Positions 12,774-25,532 of a stretch of DNA of 64,000 nt are shown here, one piece after another. Below the pieces are notes generated by a model that was given only the letters and a program-made list of their open reading frames with translations, was not told the DNA's origin and ran no database searches. Source of the DNA: Streptococcus mitis. GTDB taxonomy: Bacteria > Bacillota > Bacilli > Lactobacillales > Streptococcaceae. Each line of letters opens with the position of its first letter. Within the stretch, counting starts at the first letter, position 1. The stretch spans positions 27,118-91,117 of the forward strand of contig JAWETZ010000004.1 in assembly GCA_032480835.1 (NCBI GenBank), read 5' to 3'. Position numbers and translations under genes: made by a program.

Positions 12774-13845
12774 ACTACCGACTGAATGGCAAGAACTGAG
12801 CGACCAACTCGGCTTCCAAGAATTTACCCCCATTCAAACCCAACTATTTGAGCCACTTCTTGCAGGAGAAAATCTTCTAGGAGTGAGCCCAACAGGAACT
12901 GGTAAGACCCTCGCTTACCTCCTTCCAAGTCTTCTCCGACTACAAAAGAAAAAAGCCCAGCAACTCTTGATTCTAGCACCAAATACAGAACTGGCTGGAC
13001 AGATTTTTGAGGTATGTAAAACGTGGGCAGAGGCTATCGGTTTGACAGCACAACTCTTCCTATCGGGTTCAAGTCAGAAACGTCAGATTGAACGCCTAAA
13101 AAAAGGACCAGAAATTCTAATTGGAACCCCTGGCCGTATCTTTGAATTGATTAAATTGAAAAAAATCAAGATGATGAATGTAGAAACCATCATCTTGGAC
13201 GAATTTGACCAATTGCTAGATGAGTCTCAAATTCACTTTGTTGAGAAAATCACTCACTACGCACCTCGTGACCACCAACTCATCTACATGAGTGCGACGA
13301 CCAAGTTTGACCAAGAAAAGATTGTACCTAATACACGTACCATTGACCTCTCTGACCAAAAATTGGACAACATTCAACATTTCTATATGCAGGTGGACCA
13401 GCGTCACCGAGTGGATATGCTACGAAAATTGGCTCATGTTGAGGATTTCCGCGGACTAGTCTTTTTTAACAGCCTATCAGACCTTGGGAGTGCCGAGGAA
13501 AAACTACAGTATCGTGATATATTGGCTGTTTCCCTCGCTAGCGATGTAAATGTTAAATTTAGAAAAGTCATCTTAGAAAAGTTTAAAGATAAGCAACTAA
13601 CCCTGCTTCTTGCAACTGACCTTTTGGCTCGTGGTATTGATATCGATAGCCTAGAATGCGTCGTAAACTTTGATGTTCCTAGAGATATTGAAACATACAC
13701 TCACCGTGCTGGCCGTACAGGTCGCATGGGTAAAGAAGGTTATGTTATCACTCTCGTCACTCATCCAGAAGAAATCAAAAAACTCAAAAAGTATACAAGT
13801 GTACGAGAAATTGTCTTGAAAAACCAAGAACTCTATATCAAATAA
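12763..13845 (+). CDS. DEAD/DEAH-box RNA helicase
   Basis: PTGTGKT, DEFD, SAT, ARGID, HRAGRTGR. Confidence 0.93.
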   Translation: MKTKLPTEWQELSDQLGFQEFTPIQTQLFEPLLAGENLLGVSPTGTGKTLAYLLPSLLRLQKKKAQQLLILAPNTELAGQIFEVCKTWAEAIGLTAQLFLSGSSQKRQIERLKKGPEILIGTPGRIFELIKLKKIKMMNVETIILDEFDQLLDESQIHFVEKITHYAPRDHQLIYMSATTKFDQEKIVPNTRTIDLSDQKLDNIQHFYMQVDQRHRVDMLRKLAHVEDFRGLVFFNSLSDLGSAEEKLQYRDILAVSLASDVNVKFRKVILEKFKDKQLTLLLATDLLARGIDIDSLECVVNFDVPRDIETYTHRAGRTGRMGKEGYVITLVTHPEEIKKLKKYTSVREIVLKNQELYIK

Positions 13846-13905
13846 TCTTCATTGCTCTATACACATCTAGTGTATAGAGCTTTTTCTGTAAGCAATTCAA
13901 TTTTA

Positions 13906-14099
13906 TACTCTTCAAAAATCTCTTCAAACCGCGTCAGCGTCGTCTTGCCGTATATATGGTTACTGACTTCGTCAGTCTTATCTACAACCTCAAAAACATG
14001 TTTTGAGCTGACTTCGTAAATTCTATCTACAACCTCAAAGCAGTGCTTTGAGCAACCTGCGGCTAGCTTCCTAGTTTGCTCTTTGATTTTCATTGAGTA
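13906..14099 (-). repeat. BOX element with boxB repeats (A-B2-C)
   Basis: boxA/boxC termini plus repeated CTGACTTCGT...TCTACAACCTCAAA units. Confidence 0.92.
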
Positions 14100-14189
14100 C
14101 TAGCTCAATAATCGAAAAAAAGAACCTTGCATAGCAAGATTCTTTTAATGTCTGACTTAAATAATTGTTCTTCTGGGAACTAAACCGAA

Positions 14190-15386
<1,197 letters not shown>

Positions 15387-15592
15387 TTGAGTAAAAGCCT
15401 CCAATAAAATATATTTTATAGATAGACAGTAGGCAATACAGTCTAACTTTCCTTACTATTTTATCAAATTTCAGCTAAATTGCAAGTGTTTTACAAAGTT
15501 TTTGTGAATTATTCTTAATCTACTAATCTAAACGGCACTTCTACTCCTATCACTTGCCTAAATAAAAAGAAAAATCAGGAATTTCCTGACTT

Positions 15593-16702
15593 TTACTTGG
15601 CTAATTCTCTTTCTCTTTCTTTCATTATTTTGTGATTTTCATACAAGCGAGATAAGAACTTAGAAATTTCTTTCAAGATAGAATAGGTTGGTACTGCGAC
15701 AATCATACCAATGACACCATAGATATTACTTGATAACAAAAGTAATACTAAAATCGTAATTGGATGGACTTTCATCACGCCACCAACGATTCGAGGGTAA
15801 AGGATATTTCCATCCACTTGTTGAATGATTAGCATGTAAACAACTGCAATTAGCATTCTATGAGGATCCGTAAAGACATTGGCAATAATCATCGGAATCA
15901 AGCCAATACTTGGTCCCACATAAGGAATGAGATTGGCCAATCCTGAAAAGATGGCGAAGACCAAAGCGTATTTCAAACCAATCACGCTATATCCGATAAA
16001 GGCCAAACAACCGATAATAATCGCATCAATTGCGACTCCACTAATATAGCGAGCAATTGTCGCATTCAAATTCTTTAAAAGACCTGCAATATGCAACTTA
16101 TCTCTCTTTAAAACAGTGCGCTCAAGCATCGGTAAAAATTTGTTACCATCTAACAAAAAATAAACCAAAAACACGGGGGTCATAATAATAATCAAAACGG
16201 TACTAAAGAGAGCTGATATAACACTTCCGACACTATTTGTCACACTATTTAGGATATTTTGTAAAATATCTACATAGGATAAATTTAACTGTTGAATAGT
16301 CGCTTGAATATCCAAATTTTGAAAGGCTGGATAAGTAGATAAATCCACAATCAAATCTTGTAAACGACTATAGATAGTCTGGCTAGTCGCAATCAAGCTG
16401 GTCAACTGATTGACCAAAATCGGTAACAGATAGACTACCCCAATGACAAGCCCCCAAAGCAAAGCACACAAGGTTAGTAAAATACCAATGATACGATTAA
16501 TTTTGAAATACTTTTGTAAAAAAATTACAATAGGATTGGTCAAATAATATAAAAAGCCACCCAATAAAAATGGAAGCATGATGGTGTTCGCTACGCTTAC
16601 AAAAGGCGTGATAATAGCCCCCATCTCTCTCCATAAATAAAAAATAATTGTTACTAATAAAATCTCACTGGTCCAAAAAAATAATTTATTCTTACGAAAC
16701 AT
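15593..16702 (-). CDS. AI-2E (PerM) family transporter
   Basis: Multi-TM, IPYVGP, QQVDGNILYP. Confidence 0.88.
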   Translation of the reverse strand: MFRKNKLFFWTSEILLVTIIFYLWREMGAIITPFVSVANTIMLPFLLGGFLYYLTNPIVIFLQKYFKINRIIGILLTLCALLWGLVIGVVYLLPILVNQLTSLIATSQTIYSRLQDLIVDLSTYPAFQNLDIQATIQQLNLSYVDILQNILNSVTNSVGSVISALFSTVLIIIMTPVFLVYFLLDGNKFLPMLERTVLKRDKLHIAGLLKNLNATIARYISGVAIDAIIIGCLAFIGYSVIGLKYALVFAIFSGLANLIPYVGPSIGLIPMIIANVFTDPHRMLIAVVYMLIIQQVDGNILYPRIVGGVMKVHPITILVLLLLSSNIYGVIGMIVAVPTYSILKEISKFLSRLYENHKIMKERERELAK

Positions 16703-16804
16703 GAGCTACCTCCATTCATCTATTTTACCATACTTTCAAAAAAGCTTCTTTCTTCTATCATGAAACTGGGAATATTTTTTTCTTTATGTTAGAATAAACT
16801 TACT

Positions 16805-18046
16805 ATGAAAAAAATCATTTTAACTCTACTAAGCCTATCCCTTATTGGGTCAGCTTCTACTGTTGCTGCACAAGATTTTAATATTACTGCTAAACATGCG
16901 ATTGCTGTTGAAGCAAATACTGGAAAAATACTTTATGAAAAAGATGCAACTCAACCTGTCGAAATTGCTTCTATTACTAAGCTACTTACAGTTTATCTTG
17001 TCTATGAGGCTCTAGAAAATGGAAGTATCACACTATCCACCCCAGTAGATATTTCTGATTATCCTTATCAATTAACGACAAATTCTGAAGCCAGTAATGT
17101 TCCTATGGAGGCCCGTAATTATACTGTCGAAGAGTTGCTTGAAGCAACCCTGGTATCTAGTGCCAACAGTGCCGCTATTGCCTTAGCTGAGAAAATTGCT
17201 GGCTCAGAGAAAGACTTCGTCGATATGATGCGTGCCAAACTCTTGGAATGGGGAATCAAAGATGCCACCATTGTCAATACAACTGGTCTTAACAACGAGA
17301 CTCTAGGAGATAACATTTACCCAGGGTCTAATAAAGATGATGAAAATAAGCTCAGTGCTTATGATGTTGCTATCGTTGCTCGCAATCTCATCAAAAAGTA
17401 CCCACAAGTTTTGGAAATAACGAAAAAACCTTCTTCTACTTTTGCTGGGATGACAATCACTTCGACCAACTATATGTTAGAAGGTATGCCTGCTTACCGT
17501 GGTGGTTTTGATGGGCTGAAAACAGGAACAACAGATAAGGCTGGAGAGTCTTTTGTTGGTACTACTGTCGAAAAAGGCATGAGGGTTATCACAGTTGTTT
17601 TGAATGCAGACCATCAAGATAATAATCCCTACGCTCGTTTTACAGCTACATCTTCCCTAATGGATTATATTTCTTCTACATTTACACTTCGTAAAATCGT
17701 GCAAAAAGGCGATGCCTATCAAGATAGCAAAGCCCCTGTACAAGATGGAAAAGAAGATACGGTCACTGCAGTGGCTCCAGAAGATATCTATCTAATTGAA
17801 CGTGTTGGGAATCAATCTTCCCAATCTGTTCAATTCACTCCTGATTCCAAAGCAATCCCAGCACCACTTGAAGCTGGAACCGTGGTCGGCCATTTGACTT
17901 ACGAAGACAAGGATTTGATTGGTCAAGGTTACATTGCCACAGAACATCCTAGTTTCGAAATGATAGCAGAAAAGAAAGTTGAAAAAGCTTTCTTCTTAAA
18001 AGTTTGGTGGAATCAGTTTATCCGATTTATCAACGAGAAATTATAA
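16805..18046 (+). CDS. dacA: D-alanyl-D-alanine carboxypeptidase PBP3
   Basis: SITK, SAN, KTG penicillin-binding motifs; signal peptide; C-terminal amphipathic helix. Confidence 0.96.
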   Translation: MKKIILTLLSLSLIGSASTVAAQDFNITAKHAIAVEANTGKILYEKDATQPVEIASITKLLTVYLVYEALENGSITLSTPVDISDYPYQLTTNSEASNVPMEARNYTVEELLEATLVSSANSAAIALAEKIAGSEKDFVDMMRAKLLEWGIKDATIVNTTGLNNETLGDNIYPGSNKDDENKLSAYDVAIVARNLIKKYPQVLEITKKPSSTFAGMTITSTNYMLEGMPAYRGGFDGLKTGTTDKAGESFVGTTVEKGMRVITVVLNADHQDNNPYARFTATSSLMDYISSTFTLRKIVQKGDAYQDSKAPVQDGKEDTVTAVAPEDIYLIERVGNQSSQSVQFTPDSKAIPAPLEAGTVVGHLTYEDKDLIGQGYIATEHPSFEMIAEKKVEKAFFLKVWWNQFIRFINEKL

Positions 18047-18104
18047 AACATTCTGAGCAGAAGCTTGCTCCAAAATAGAGACAGAGAAAAAAGGCTTTAA
18101 AGTC

Positions 18105-18310
18105 AAAAACGCATAATATCAGGTATTAAAAAAACTTGATATTATGCGTTTTATTGTGGTAATATTTACTTCGTTTTCTCCTGATACTCTTCGAAAATCT
18201 CTTCAAACCACGTCAGCGTCGCTTTACCGTACTCAAGTACAGGCTGCGGCTAGCTTCCTAGTTTGCTCTTTGATTTTCATTGAGTATGAAATTGAAGTTT
18301 ATCCCAGTCT
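18105..18310 (+). repeat. SPRITE-like terminator repeat interrupted by a BOX element
   Basis: Long inverted repeat AAAACGCATAATATCA..TGATATTATGCGTTTT followed by a T-rich tract that resumes after the BOX; family assignment from recollection. Confidence 0.5.
18185..18286 (-). repeat. BOX element (boxA-boxC type)
   Basis: TACTCTTCGAAAATC...TTTTCATTGAGTA; TGA/TGA flanks. Confidence 0.92.
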
Positions 18311-19153
18311 TTTTTGAGATATTTTATTCATTACTTTAGGGAGACAATTACCAATCTCCGTTGGCAAGACCACATAATGTTCTTGAGCTAATTCTTGGGC
18401 TATCGCTGAATGAAGATGAGTCGCTACGGTTACACGCTCGTAGAGACTGGCCTGTCGGAATTGACCTGCAAATCCTGCAATCATCCCAGCCAGAGTATCT
18501 CCCATTCCCCCAGTCGCCTGATAGGGACCGCCAACCTGTAACTGGTAATAATCAGATTGGCCAGCTTGCCAAATACGAGTAGCTGGACCTTTCTCTACCA
18601 AAATTGTTCCTTGAGGGAAAGAAGTCAGGGCACTAGCTGTTGTAGCTTCGTTTTGCTTTTCAATCGTAATTCCAGACAGTTTTTCCCACTCCTTTTGGTG
18701 GGGAGTTAGGATAAGCTGGTTAAACGGAAATGACAGACTTGTTCTAGCAAGAATGGTCAGGGCACCACCATCTACAATCAAAATCTGATTTTTGCTTAAA
18801 TTAACAAAGACTTGTTTTACTAGATCTTCTCCAAAAGCATCGTCTCGTAAACCAGGTCCCAGCAAGACCACTTCTGCCTTCTCCAACTGCTCTTTTAACA
18901 GTTGCTGGTCTTGAAGAGAAAAGGCCATAGCCTCAGGTAAATGGCTGTGCAGAGCTGGAATATTTTCCCTGTCCGTTCCAACAGTCACCAATCCTGCACC
19001 GCTTTTAACAGCCACCAAAGCAGCCATGATGATAGCACCACCATAAGGATAAGTCCCACCCAGCAACAGCAGACGACCGTAGTCTCCTTTATGAGTTGTA
19101 CAAGAACGTTCAATAATGACTTTTTCTAGTAAGGCTTGATCAATCACTTTCAT
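18299..19153 (-). CDS. nnrD: ADP-dependent NAD(P)H-hydrate dehydratase
   Basis: HKGDYG, GAGLV, GPGL, LTPHQKEW, ATGGMGDTLAG. Confidence 0.92.
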   Translation of the reverse strand: MKVIDQALLEKVIIERSCTTHKGDYGRLLLLGGTYPYGGAIIMAALVAVKSGAGLVTVGTDRENIPALHSHLPEAMAFSLQDQQLLKEQLEKAEVVLLGPGLRDDAFGEDLVKQVFVNLSKNQILIVDGGALTILARTSLSFPFNQLILTPHQKEWEKLSGITIEKQNEATTASALTSFPQGTILVEKGPATRIWQAGQSDYYQLQVGGPYQATGGMGDTLAGMIAGFAGQFRQASLYERVTVATHLHSAIAQELAQEHYVVLPTEIGNCLPKVMNKISQKRLG

Positions 19154-19167
19154 TGTTTTTTCCTCAA

Positions 19168-19989
19168 CTATCCTTTACCTGATCGTTTTAAAACAATCCG
19201 ATATACTTTTTTAACCCACTCCTCCAAACCTTCTCCATCATGGTCAAGATAATACACCCTATCCAGTAATTGACTTGGAATAATATTTTCAAATTGGCTC
19301 TTATTATGAGTTGGAATAATGCAAATATACAACTCACTAAATAAATTCAATATGTCCTTAATTTTTGCAACATGGTAGCCATCAAAAATATAACCAGTAA
19401 GTTTAATCAAATCTGTATAGATAAAATGAAAACTCACTCCAGGAATAAACTTGTCTTGTAATTCTTTCTCTGAAGGAGCTCGACCTAATAAACGCTCCAT
19501 CGCTAATCGATAACCAGAACTTGTATTTGACCACCCTAACATGACATAGTCAAAATAATCTATCGGATCCGATGCAGCATTTCGACTATCCAAAACCAAC
19601 TCCTCAGCATCTCGCCCAAAGGCTTTCACAGCAGATAAGAGCTGACCTGTTTTAAAGATAGAAATCGCTGCATCTATAGTCGTAGTATGACTACAGTAGT
19701 CTGAAGTCACTAACCTCTTATGTAGATCATAAGTCGAGGCTACTATTTTATTTGTAGGGGTAAATGGTGGCAGAAAGAGATGCTGAAAGATATAATCTAA
19801 AATCTCTTTCTTTAAACAAGAATCAGCACACTCAATACTTGTTTGACGTTTATGAAGTTTTTCGTAAGCTATAAATTTAGCAATTTTTTCTAATTCCCAT
19901 TCTTGAATATTTGGATAATCAATTAGTGCTAAGTAGTATATTCCATCCCATTGTAAACTATATTCCCCATTATAAATTTTTAAAATCAT
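19168..19989 (-). CDS. Hypothetical protein, possible ADP-ribosyltransferase (DarT-like) fold
   Basis: 273-aa AT-rich ORF; SHTTTIDAAISIFKTGQLLS and DYV motifs; RBS GAGGTGA. Confidence 0.6.
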   Translation of the reverse strand: MILKIYNGEYSLQWDGIYYLALIDYPNIQEWELEKIAKFIAYEKLHKRQTSIECADSCLKKEILDYIFQHLFLPPFTPTNKIVASTYDLHKRLVTSDYCSHTTTIDAAISIFKTGQLLSAVKAFGRDAEELVLDSRNAASDPIDYFDYVMLGWSNTSSGYRLAMERLLGRAPSEKELQDKFIPGVSFHFIYTDLIKLTGYIFDGYHVAKIKDILNLFSELYICIIPTHNKSQFENIIPSQLLDRVYYLDHDGEGLEEWVKKVYRIVLKRSGKG

Positions 19990-20126
19990 CTAATCACCTC
20001 ACTCCATTATACAACAAAAAGGAGGCGCAGACCTCCTTTTGTAATCTTATATCTAAAATTTAATATTTATTTCTGCCATTTTAGATATAGCTATAGAAAA
20101 TACACTCTCTTCAGCGAATGTTTCTT

Positions 20127-20984
20127 TTATTTGCTATCCAATGTCCGAAGTGCTGCTTGATAAGTTTGCTCCATTAGCATGGTAATGGTCATAGGGCCGA
20201 CACCTCCAGGCACTGGTGTGATATGGCTAGCAAGTGGTGCAACCGCCTCATAGTCAACATCTCCACAAAGCTTACCATTTTCATCGCGATTCATCCCAAC
20301 GTCAATGACAACCACACCTGGTTTGACAAAGTCAGGAGTCACAAACTTGGCACGACCGATTGCGACCACAAGAATATCCGCTTTTGCAGCCACCTTAGCA
20401 AGATTATGGGTACGTGAGTGAGTCAAGGTCACTGTTGCATTTTTGGCCAAAAGAAGCTGAGCCATGGGTTTACCGACAATATTGGAACGACCGATAACAA
20501 CGGCATTTTTACCTTCCAAGTCAATCCCATATTCATGAAACATCTCCATAATTCCTGCAGGTGTTGATGGAATCATAACTGGATGTCCAGACCAAAGACG
20601 ACCCATGTTTAGCAGATGGAAACCATCCACATCCTTTTCTGGGTCAATGGCTAATAAAACCGCCTCTTCATCGATATGTTTTGGCAATGGCAACTGGACC
20701 AAAATCCCATGCCAAGCTGGATCTTGATTGTATTTAGCAATCAAGTCTAACAATTCCTCTTGACTAATGGTCTCTGGAACTCGAACTACTTCGCTACGGA
20801 AACCAGCCGCAAGGGCAGAACGTTCCTTGTTGCGAACGTAGACTTGGCTGGCTGGATTATCCCCAACCAAAATCACTACCAAACCAGGCACTAGACCTGT
20901 TTCTTCCTTTAATTTTGCAGTCTTTTCAGCCAACTGTCCCTGCAATTTGGCCGCTAAAGCTTTCCCATCAATAATCTGTGTCAT
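20127..20984 (-). CDS. folD: Methylenetetrahydrofolate dehydrogenase/cyclohydrolase
   Basis: [40 protein letters not shown]. Confidence 0.97.
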   Translation of the reverse strand: MTQIIDGKALAAKLQGQLAEKTAKLKEETGLVPGLVVILVGDNPASQVYVRNKERSALAAGFRSEVVRVPETISQEELLDLIAKYNQDPAWHGILVQLPLPKHIDEEAVLLAIDPEKDVDGFHLLNMGRLWSGHPVMIPSTPAGIMEMFHEYGIDLEGKNAVVIGRSNIVGKPMAQLLLAKNATVTLTHSRTHNLAKVAAKADILVVAIGRAKFVTPDFVKPGVVVIDVGMNRDENGKLCGDVDYEAVAPLASHITPVPGGVGPMTITMLMEQTYQAALRTLDSK

Positions 20985-21138
20985 ATCACTTCTCTTTTCT
21001 TTCAAACTATCTTCCATTATACCAAAAACTGCTAGTACCCTCTAACACTTCTTTCCTAGGCAATCTTATAGTTTCAAACTATAAGAAAAAGCTCTGGTCG
21101 AGCTTTTCATTAATCTTGTCTTGAAATTTTAAAATAGA

Positions 21139-21873
21139 TTATAAAACCTTACTCAAGAAGTCCTTAGTCCGTTGTTCTTGGGTTTGTTCAAAAATCTGCT
21201 CTGGTGTTCCGTCTTCAACAACCACACCGTCTGCCATAAAGATAACACGGTCTGCCACCTCACGGGCAAATCCCATCTCATGTGTTACGATAACCATAGT
21301 CATTCCTGATTTGGCAAGGTCTTGCATAACAGCCAGAACTTCTCCAACCATTTCAGGGTCCAAGGCTGAGGTTGGTTCGTCAAAGAGCAAAACATCTGGT
21401 TCCATGGCCAAACCACGCGCGATGGCAATCCGTTGTTGCTGCCCACCTGACAAACTCTGTGGGTAAGCGTCTGCCTTATCTGGCAAACCAACTTTTTCCA
21501 AAAGCTCTTGGGCTCTCTTCTCAGCCACTATCTTGCTCTCACCTTTGGTCTTGATAGGTGACAAGGTGATATTTTCCATCACAGTCATATTAGGAAAGAG
21601 ATTGAATTGTTGGAAAACCATGCCCATCTTCTCACGCATGGCAAAGAGGTCATTCTTCTTGTCCGTGATATCGACTCCCTCAAAGATAACCTTCCCTTTG
21701 GTTGCTTCTTCCAATAAATTCATAGAGCGAAGCAAGGTAGATTTCCCACTCCCTGAAGGACCGATGATAACGACAACCTCTCCACGTTTAATCTCGAGGT
21801 TGATTCCCTTTAATACTTCATTCTTTCCAAAGGATTTATGTAAATTTTCAATTTTTATCAAGGTATCTGTCAT
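21139..21873 (-). CDS. Polar amino acid (likely arginine) ABC transporter ATPase
   Basis: [27 protein letters not shown]. Confidence 0.92.
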   Translation of the reverse strand: MTDTLIKIENLHKSFGKNEVLKGINLEIKRGEVVVIIGPSGSGKSTLLRSMNLLEEATKGKVIFEGVDITDKKNDLFAMREKMGMVFQQFNLFPNMTVMENITLSPIKTKGESKIVAEKRAQELLEKVGLPDKADAYPQSLSGGQQQRIAIARGLAMEPDVLLFDEPTSALDPEMVGEVLAVMQDLAKSGMTMVIVTHEMGFAREVADRVIFMADGVVVEDGTPEQIFEQTQEQRTKDFLSKVL

Positions 21874-22556
21874 TATTTCTTATCTCCTTGTCCCATACGT
21901 TTTTCAAAAGCTTTCAAGGCTACGGTCAAAATAGAAGTCATAATCAAGTAGTAAAAGGCTGCAAATAAAAGTGGTGTCAAAGGTAGATAGGTTGTTGTAG
22001 AAACTGTTGTAGCACCATTCCACAACTCCATAACACCAATAGCTGATAAGAGGGAACTATCCTTGATAATGGTAATAAATTCGTTCCCCAATGCTGGCAA
22101 GATATTTTTGATTGCTTGTGGCAAAATCACATATCTCATAGCATTTTTAGGACGAATCCCTAGCGAATAAGCCGCCTCTAGCTGACCTTTTGGAACCGCA
22201 TTAATCCCAGCACGAACAGTCTCAGAAACATAAGCACCACTGTTCATAGAGATAATCAAAATCCCTGGAATCAAGCGAGAAAGATCGACACCCAAAATTC
22301 CAACCTGAATAGTCGGAGCATTGATATGCATAAGAGCAAAGGCAATCATAATCTGAACCATCATCGGTGTCCCACGGAAAATCCAAACGTACAAGTTGGC
22401 GAGCCAAACAAGCGGTTTAAACTTTGAACGTTGCCCAAAAGCCAAGACAACACCCAAAATAGTTCCCAAAAAGACAACACAGATAGAAATGAGAACCGTC
22501 ACAACAGCCCCATAGTTAAAATAAGGTAAATACTTAGGTAAAAAAGAAAAATTCAT
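21873..22556 (-). CDS. Polar amino acid (likely arginine) ABC transporter permease
   Basis: FRGTP, EAA motif ([10 protein letters not shown]), IIKDSSL; ARG box upstream. Confidence 0.9.
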   Translation of the reverse strand: MNFSFLPKYLPYFNYGAVVTVLISICVVFLGTILGVVLAFGQRSKFKPLVWLANLYVWIFRGTPMMVQIMIAFALMHINAPTIQVGILGVDLSRLIPGILIISMNSGAYVSETVRAGINAVPKGQLEAAYSLGIRPKNAMRYVILPQAIKNILPALGNEFITIIKDSSLLSAIGVMELWNGATTVSTTTYLPLTPLLFAAFYYLIMTSILTVALKAFEKRMGQGDKK

Positions 22557-22602
22557 AGTCACACTGCTTTCTAAAATAGAATACTGTATGATTATAACAT
22601 GT

Positions 22603-22620
22603 ATTGAATTAAAATTCAAA
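22603..22620. promoter_or_regulatory. ARG box (ArgR/AhrC operator) next to an extended -10 promoter
   Basis: ATTGAATTAAAATTCAAA fits the TGAAT-N4-ATTCA palindrome; TGTTATAAT on minus strand at 22599-22591. Confidence 0.65.
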
Positions 22621-22746
22621 CCTTTTATCCAATTTATTCAAAAAAACTTTAAGCTGGTAGAATTAGCGAGAAATCTTAGTTTTTTCTAGTCAAGTTGGCC
22701 TCCTTTATGGTAAAATAGTAACGATAAGAAATGAAGGAGAATCAAA

Positions 22747-22977
22747 ATGGAATCACATTTGGTTAGAATCATCAACCGCCTTGAAGCAATGGCAAAAGAC
22801 GGCGGAAATTTAAAACGTAATTTTGAACGCGAAGGAGTTGTTGTTGCAGAAGTTGCATACAGCCACGACGAAGAAAACGGATCAATCTTTACCCTTCGTG
22901 ATGTAGAGGCTCGCGAAACTTATACTTTTGACAGCATTGACTTGATTGCAATGGAGATTTACGAACTCCTCTACTAA
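22747..22977 (+). CDS. DUF1797 family protein
   Basis: 76-aa conserved small protein (RNFEREG...FDSIDLIAMEIYELL), AAGGAG RBS. Confidence 0.8.
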   Translation: MESHLVRIINRLEAMAKDGGNLKRNFEREGVVVAEVAYSHDEENGSIFTLRDVEARETYTFDSIDLIAMEIYELLY

Positions 22978-23108
22978 TCTAAAACAAGCTGGGATTGTCC
23001 CTGCATGTCTAACCAAAATCCTTTTTGTCTCACAAATAGGATTTTTTTATAGTCCAAATTCACAAAAATTTTCATTGTAACAACTTCTCAAAGCTGCAAT
23101 CTTTTTAC

Positions 23109-23166
23109 TTGCTTTACAGTCCAATCCTGTTATAATGAGAGTATAGAAATTTGACTATTTTTGACC
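23109..23166 (+). promoter_or_regulatory. clpE promoter with CtsR operator
   Basis: TGTTATAAT extended -10 (23128-23136); TTTGACT-ATT-TTTGACC heptad direct repeat (23150-23166). Confidence 0.8.
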
Positions 23167-23206
23167 TTTAAACAGGTCAGGCTAAAGAAAGAAATGAGGT
23201 AGATGT

Positions 23207-25465
23207 ATGCTTTGTCAAAACTGTAAAATCAACGACTCAACAATTCATCTTTACACCAATCTCAATGGAAAACAAAAACAAATTGACCTCTGTCAAAACT
23301 GCTACAAGATTATCAAGACTGATCCTAACAACAGTCTCTTTAAAGGAATGACAGATTTGAACAATCGTGACTTCGATCCCTTTGGTGATTTCTTCAATGA
23401 TCTAAACAATTTCAGACCTTCTAGCAATACTCCTCCTATTCCCCCAACCCAATCAGGTGGAGGTTACGGTGGAAACGGCGGTTATGGCTCCCAAAATCGT
23501 GGACCTGCTCAAACTCCTCCACCTAGCCAAGAAAAAGGCCTACTAGAAGAATTTGGTATCAATGTAACTGAGATTGCTCGTCGTGGTGATATCGACCCCG
23601 TTATTGGACGCGATGATGAGATTATCCGTGTCATCGAGATTCTCAATCGTAGAACCAAAAATAATCCTGTCCTTATCGGTGAACCTGGTGTCGGAAAAAC
23701 TGCCGTTGTCGAAGGTCTAGCTCAGAAAATTGTTGATGGCGATGTTCCACATAAACTCCAAGGTAAACAAGTCATCCGTCTAGATGTGGTTAGCTTGGTT
23801 CAAGGAACGGGTATCCGTGGACAATTTGAAGAACGCATGCAAAAACTCATGGAAGAAATTCGCAAACGTGAGGACATCATTCTCTTTATCGATGAAATCC
23901 ATGAAATTGTCGGTGCTGGTTCTGCAGGCGATGGCAATATGGATGCAGGAAATATCCTCAAGCCAGCCCTTGCTCGTGGGGAACTACAATTGGTCGGTGC
24001 TACTACCCTCAATGAATACCGTATCATTGAAAAAGATGCTGCCCTAGAGCGTCGTATGCAGCCTGTGAAGGTAGATGAACCAACCGTGGAAGAAACAATT
24101 ACTATCCTCAAAGGTATTCAAAAGAAATACGAAGACTACCACCACGTTCAATATACCGATGCCGCAATTGAAGCAGCTGCAACTCTTTCCAATCGCTACA
24201 TACAAGATCGCTTCTTGCCTGACAAAGCTATTGACCTCCTAGATGAAGCCGGTTCTAAGATGAATTTGACCTTGAATTTTGTAGATCCTAAAGTGATTGA
24301 TCAACGCTTGATTGAGGCTGAAAATCTCAAATCTCAAGCTACACGAGAGGAAGATTTTGAAAAAGCTGCCTACTTCCGCGATCAAATTGCCAAGTATAAG
24401 GAAATGCAAAAGAAAAAGGTTACTGACCAAGATACTCCTATCATCAGTGAGAAAACAATTGAACACATTATCGAGCAGAAAACCAACATCCCTGTTGGGG
24501 ATTTGAAAGAGAAAGAACAATCTCAACTCATCCATCTAGCTGAAGACCTCAAGTCTCATGTTATTGGGCAAGACGATGCTGTTGATAAGATTGCAAAAGC
24601 TATTCGCCGTAATCGTGTCGGTCTCGGTACGCCTAACCGCCCAATTGGAAGCTTCTTATTTGTCGGCCCAACCGGTGTCGGTAAGACAGAACTTTCCAAA
24701 CAACTAGCTATCGAACTCTTTGGTTCTGCTGACAGCATGATTCGCTTTGACATGAGTGAATACATGGAAAAACACAGCGTTGCTAAGTTAGTCGGTGCCC
24801 CTCCAGGTTATGTCGGCTACGATGAAGCTGGACAATTAACTGAAAAAGTCCGCCGTAATCCCTATTCTCTTATTCTCTTAGATGAAGTAGAAAAAGCCCA
24901 TCCAGATGTCATGCATATGTTCCTGCAAGTCTTGGACGATGGACGTTTGACAGATGGGCAAGGACGTACCGTCAGCTTCAAGGATGCCATTATTATCATG
25001 ACTTCAAATGCAGGTACAGGTAAGGCTGAAGCCAGCGTTGGTTTCGGGGCAGCTCGCGAAGGACGTACCAACTCTGTTCTCGGTGAACTCGGCAACTTCT
25101 TTAGCCCAGAATTTATGAACCGTTTTGACGGCATCATCGAGTTCAAAGCTCTCAGCAAGGATAATCTCCTTCAAATCGTCGAGCTCATGCTAGCGGATGT
25201 TAACAAGCGTCTCTCTAGCAACAATATCCATCTCTATGTGACAGACAAGGTCAAGGAAAAGTTGGTTGACCTCGGTTATGATCCAAAAATGGGAGCCCGC
25301 CCACTTCGTCGTACCATTCAAGACTATATAGAGGATGCCATCACTGACTACTACCTTGAAAATCCAAGCGAAAAAGACCTCAAGGCAGTGATGACTAGCA
25401 AGGGAAACATTCAAATTAAGTCTGCCAAAAAAGCTGAAGTGAAAACTTCTAAAATAGAAAAATAA
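23207..25465 (+). CDS. clpE: ATP-dependent Clp protease ATP-binding subunit ClpE
   Basis: N-terminal CxxC..CxxC zinc finger, two AAA+ domains ([16 protein letters not shown]), UVR motif. Confidence 0.96.
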   Translation: MLCQNCKINDSTIHLYTNLNGKQKQIDLCQNCYKIIKTDPNNSLFKGMTDLNNRDFDPFGDFFNDLNNFRPSSNTPPIPPTQSGGGYGGNGGYGSQNRGPAQTPPPSQEKGLLEEFGINVTEIARRGDIDPVIGRDDEIIRVIEILNRRTKNNPVLIGEPGVGKTAVVEGLAQKIVDGDVPHKLQGKQVIRLDVVSLVQGTGIRGQFEERMQKLMEEIRKREDIILFIDEIHEIVGAGSAGDGNMDAGNILKPALARGELQLVGATTLNEYRIIEKDAALERRMQPVKVDEPTVEETITILKGIQKKYEDYHHVQYTDAAIEAAATLSNRYIQDRFLPDKAIDLLDEAGSKMNLTLNFVDPKVIDQRLIEAENLKSQATREEDFEKAAYFRDQIAKYKEMQKKKVTDQDTPIISEKTIEHIIEQKTNIPVGDLKEKEQSQLIHLAEDLKSHVIGQDDAVDKIAKAIRRNRVGLGTPNRPIGSFLFVGPTGVGKTELSKQLAIELFGSADSMIRFDMSEYMEKHSVAKLVGAPPGYVGYDEAGQLTEKVRRNPYSLILLDEVEKAHPDVMHMFLQVLDDGRLTDGQGRTVSFKDAIIIMTSNAGTGKAEASVGFGAAREGRTNSVLGELGNFFSPEFMNRFDGIIEFKALSKDNLLQIVELMLADVNKRLSSNNIHLYVTDKVKEKLVDLGYDPKMGARPLRRTIQDYIEDAITDYYLENPSEKDLKAVMTSKGNIQIKSAKKAEVKTSKIEK

Positions 25466-25532
25466 ATCCTATAGAAAAGGAGTAGAAAATGAAAATTTTC
25501 TGCTTCTTTTTTACTAAAATAACTGTAATTTC

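Noticed and set aside
13857..14093. 78-aa ORF MKIKEQTRKLAAGCSKHCFEVVD...
   Set aside because: Mostly the translation of the BOX element; not treated as a real gene.
13906..14099. Tandem ~45-bp units resembling a CRISPR array
   Set aside because: These are boxB subunits; there are no unique spacers and no cas genes in the window.
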